Below the pieces are notes generated by a model. It worked only from the letters and a program-made list of their open reading frames with translations. It had not been told where the DNA came from and ran no database searches. DNA of 64,000 bases from an uncultured Thermoproteaceae archaeon (GTDB lineage: Archaea > Thermoproteota > Thermoprotei > Thermoproteales > Thermocladiaceae), in assembly GCA_964575955.1 (NCBI GenBank), contig CAZNTG010000007.1, forward strand, positions 32,001 to 96,000, in the 5' to 3' direction. Positions 61,732-64,000 of the stretch are shown here, in pieces. Position 1 is the first letter of the stretch. Each line of letters starts with the position of its first letter. Position numbers and translations under genes: made by a program.

Positions 61732-62302
61732 ACTCACTACACTTAATATAGTTTAACAATCTAACAACTTCACTAGTATAATTATGTATTAAATCAATAA
61801 CCTGTCTATAACCACGTAAGTAGTATGATAACGCTCTCAATAATGTTGATAATTTATCAGCAATATTTGTAATCAATGCTTCGATAGATTTAGATTCTCT
61901 ATAATTTAGAAATTTCATACCAACATACTGTCTAATATATTTAGGATAATCTTTCAATAGCTCTTCAAGCTGCTTAAGCTCGATCTGTCTGAAGTTTGGT
62001 ATTAATTTTCTAACATTTCCAGAAATATTACCAATATTTGCTTCATGTAGATCATGTATTAGGCATAGCGTAACTACACTATCACAATTAACATCTTTAT
62101 CTTCACAAATTTCTCTATATTCACAACATAGTGAAAGACCTACATAAGATGTTAATAGTATATGTTTACCAACATCCTCAGCTTCAAACTTACTTAATCC
62201 TCTTTGAACCCACCCAACTCTAGGTATAGACGATAGAGTATCTACAATATTTACAATATTCAATAACTTATCTATATTCAATCTTTCTTCACTACTCAAC
62301 AT
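61679..62302 (-). CDS. HD-domain hydrolase (YfbR/5'-deoxynucleotidase-like)
   Basis: PRVGWVQRG....EDV..H, LIHDLHEA..G, ADKL. Confidence 0.85.
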   Translation of the reverse strand: MLSSEERLNIDKLLNIVNIVDTLSSIPRVGWVQRGLSKFEAEDVGKHILLTSYVGLSLCCEYREICEDKDVNCDSVVTLCLIHDLHEANIGNISGNVRKLIPNFRQIELKQLEELLKDYPKYIRQYVGMKFLNYRESKSIEALITNIADKLSTLLRALSYYLRGYRQVIDLIHNYTSEVVRLLNYIKCSEFREEIQNILHQFRKFLS

Positions 62303-62333
62303 CTAGAAGGAAATATTTAACATGTAGTAAAAT

Positions 62334-63224
62334 ATGTATTACTACTTGAGGAGTATTGAGATGAAGATAGATGTAGATTATGAAGACATTGTTAAAATAT
62401 TTAAAAGACTTCCAGAAGATGTTAATAGACTTACCTCAAAAATATTAGTTAATACTACTAGAAGAATTATTAAAACTACACGAATAATTCCAAAGAAAAA
62501 TCTAGGTCAACACTTCTTAATTAATGCTAAAGTTTTTAAAAATATTGTAAATATTTTATCAAAATTTGACAAAATTTTAGAAGTAGGATCAGGATTTGGA
62601 ATATTGACATACTACATATCTCATAACGCATATGTAGTCGGTACTGAAATTGACTCTAGATTTTTCAAAATTTTAAAATATTTAAAAGAAATTAGACAAA
62701 ATTTAGATATCTTCCTATGTGATATATTGACTATTAAAATACCTGAGAATTATGTAGTTTTTTCAAATCTACCATTCTACATAACTAGTGAGTTCATTGT
62801 AAAGGTTGTTAAAGATAAAGTACGTAGAGTTTTCATAACTATCCAGAAAGAGGTTGCTGATAGAATTTTATCAAAACCTGGATCTAATGATTATGGTAGG
62901 ATTAGTGTTTTAGTATCATGTTTTTATGATGCTAAGAAGATAATGTTTATTGATAGAAGAAGTTTTATACCGATTCCTGAAGTTGATGCATGTATGATTG
63001 AACTATGTTTGAAGAGTAGTTCAAATTTTTGTATAGATTATAAATATGTTGAGAAATTTGAAAAATTTACATCTATAATATTCTCACAGAGAAATAAGCT
63101 TATAAATAAGGTTCTTAGAGAGTTTTTTAATATTGAAATTCCAAATTTTGAAAGTAAGAGAGTTTATCAACTTTCACCAAGCGAGATTGCTTCTATATTT
63201 GAGAAAGTTCTGGATAGGTTGTAG
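62334..63224 (+). CDS. ksgA: 16S rRNA adenine dimethyltransferase KsgA/Dim1
   Basis: KKNLGQHFL, LEVGSG.G.LT, EID, SNLPFYITS, QKEVADR, YGRISV, F.P.PEVD. Confidence 0.93.
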   Translation: MYYYLRSIEMKIDVDYEDIVKIFKRLPEDVNRLTSKILVNTTRRIIKTTRIIPKKNLGQHFLINAKVFKNIVNILSKFDKILEVGSGFGILTYYISHNAYVVGTEIDSRFFKILKYLKEIRQNLDIFLCDILTIKIPENYVVFSNLPFYITSEFIVKVVKDKVRRVFITIQKEVADRILSKPGSNDYGRISVLVSCFYDAKKIMFIDRRSFIPIPEVDACMIELCLKSSSNFCIDYKYVEKFEKFTSIIFSQRNKLINKVLREFFNIEIPNFESKRVYQLSPSEIASIFEKVLDRL

Positions 63225-63257
63225 AGGTAAGATTTATAAAGATATGCACGAAGCTAA

Positions 63258-64000
63258 GTGAGGGTCATTACTGCGAACCTTAGAGAGACTATTAAGAGCG
63301 TGCTAATAATTGGGTCGGGCCCTATCAAGATTGCAGAGGCTGCAGAATTCGACTATTCCGGTACTCAAGCTCTCAAGGCTGTTAAGGAAGAGGGTATTAA
63401 GACTATCCTAGTTAATCCGAACGTTGCGACTATTCAGACATCTCACCTCTTTGCTGATCGTGTCTATCTTATTCCATTGAAAGTTGAATATGTTGCTAAG
63501 GTTATTGAACGTGAACGTCCTGACGGTATAATGATAGGTTTTGGTGGTCAAACAGCTTTGAGTATTGGTGTAGAACTTTGGAAGAGGGGTATACTTGACA
63601 TGTATGGTGTTAAAGTACTTGGAACTCCAATTGAGGGTATTGAAGCTGCTCTTGATCGTGATAAATTTAGAAACTTGATGATTAAACATGGAATTCCAGT
63701 ACCACCAAGTAAGGCTGCTTACAGTCCTGAAGAGGCTATTGAGATAGCTCAAGAGATTGGATTTCCTGTAATTGTTAGAGTTAGCTTCAACCTTGGAGGT
63801 TCAGGATCTTTCGTTGCTTGGAATTTAGAAGATTTGAAAGAGAAGATCTATAGAGCATTTGCAAATGCAGGTCTTGTAAAGTCTGTACTTGTTGAAAAAT
63901 ATCTACACTTTTGGAAAGAGGTTGAGTATGAAATTATGCGTGATTACAAGGATAATGCGGTGTCTATTGCATGTATGGAAAATATGGATCCTATGGGTGT
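63258..64000 (+). CDS. carB: Carbamoyl-phosphate synthase large subunit (5' part, runs off the window)
   Basis: Frame from GTG 63258 reads [30 protein letters not shown] ... [11 protein letters not shown] ... FGGQTAL ... ENMDPMG; absent from the ORF track. Confidence 0.95.
   Translation, partial: MRVITANLRETIKSVLIIGSGPIKIAEAAEFDYSGTQALKAVKEEGIKTILVNPNVATIQTSHLFADRVYLIPLKVEYVAKVIERERPDGIMIGFGGQTALSIGVELWKRGILDMYGVKVLGTPIEGIEAALDRDKFRNLMIKHGIPVPPSKAAYSPEEAIEIAQEIGFPVIVRVSFNLGGSGSFVAWNLEDLKEKIYRAFANAGLVKSVLVEKYLHFWKEVEYEIMRDYKDNAVSIACMENMDPMG

Overview
AT-rich (roughly 30% GC by eye) crenarchaeal chromosome segment, most likely an uncultured Thermoproteales-like archaeon. The clues are stand-alone rpoA1, rpoD, atpK, rpl22 and rpl24e, plus asnS, elf1 with an acidic tail and tRNA-Trp with a 30/31 intron. 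Most of the window is housekeeping: purP-like, cysC, pth2, metB-like, hemA, the pst and liv ABC genes, argG, aroD/aroA, thiDN, nurA-herA-mre11-rad50, GGGP synthase, elp3, ksgA and the start of carB. One accessory island (about 9.88-20.88 kb, visibly higher GC) carries a type III-B CRISPR effector operon, cmr4-5-1-6-cas10-cmr3-csx1, with no array, cas6 or cas1/2 in the window. Its cmr3 is split at an A9 tract. The island truncates an ABC substrate-binding gene on the left and ends on the right in a tyrosine-integrase N-terminal remnant that abuts a box C/D sRNA gene rather than a tRNA. Outside the ORF track I find 3 tRNAs, 5 box C/D guide RNAs tucked at gene 3' ends, and one H/ACA guide whose pocket matches the 16S site equivalent to yeast 18S Psi1191. 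Protein calls come from motif recognition and rRNA/tRNA target sequences from remembered consensus; none were checked by database search.
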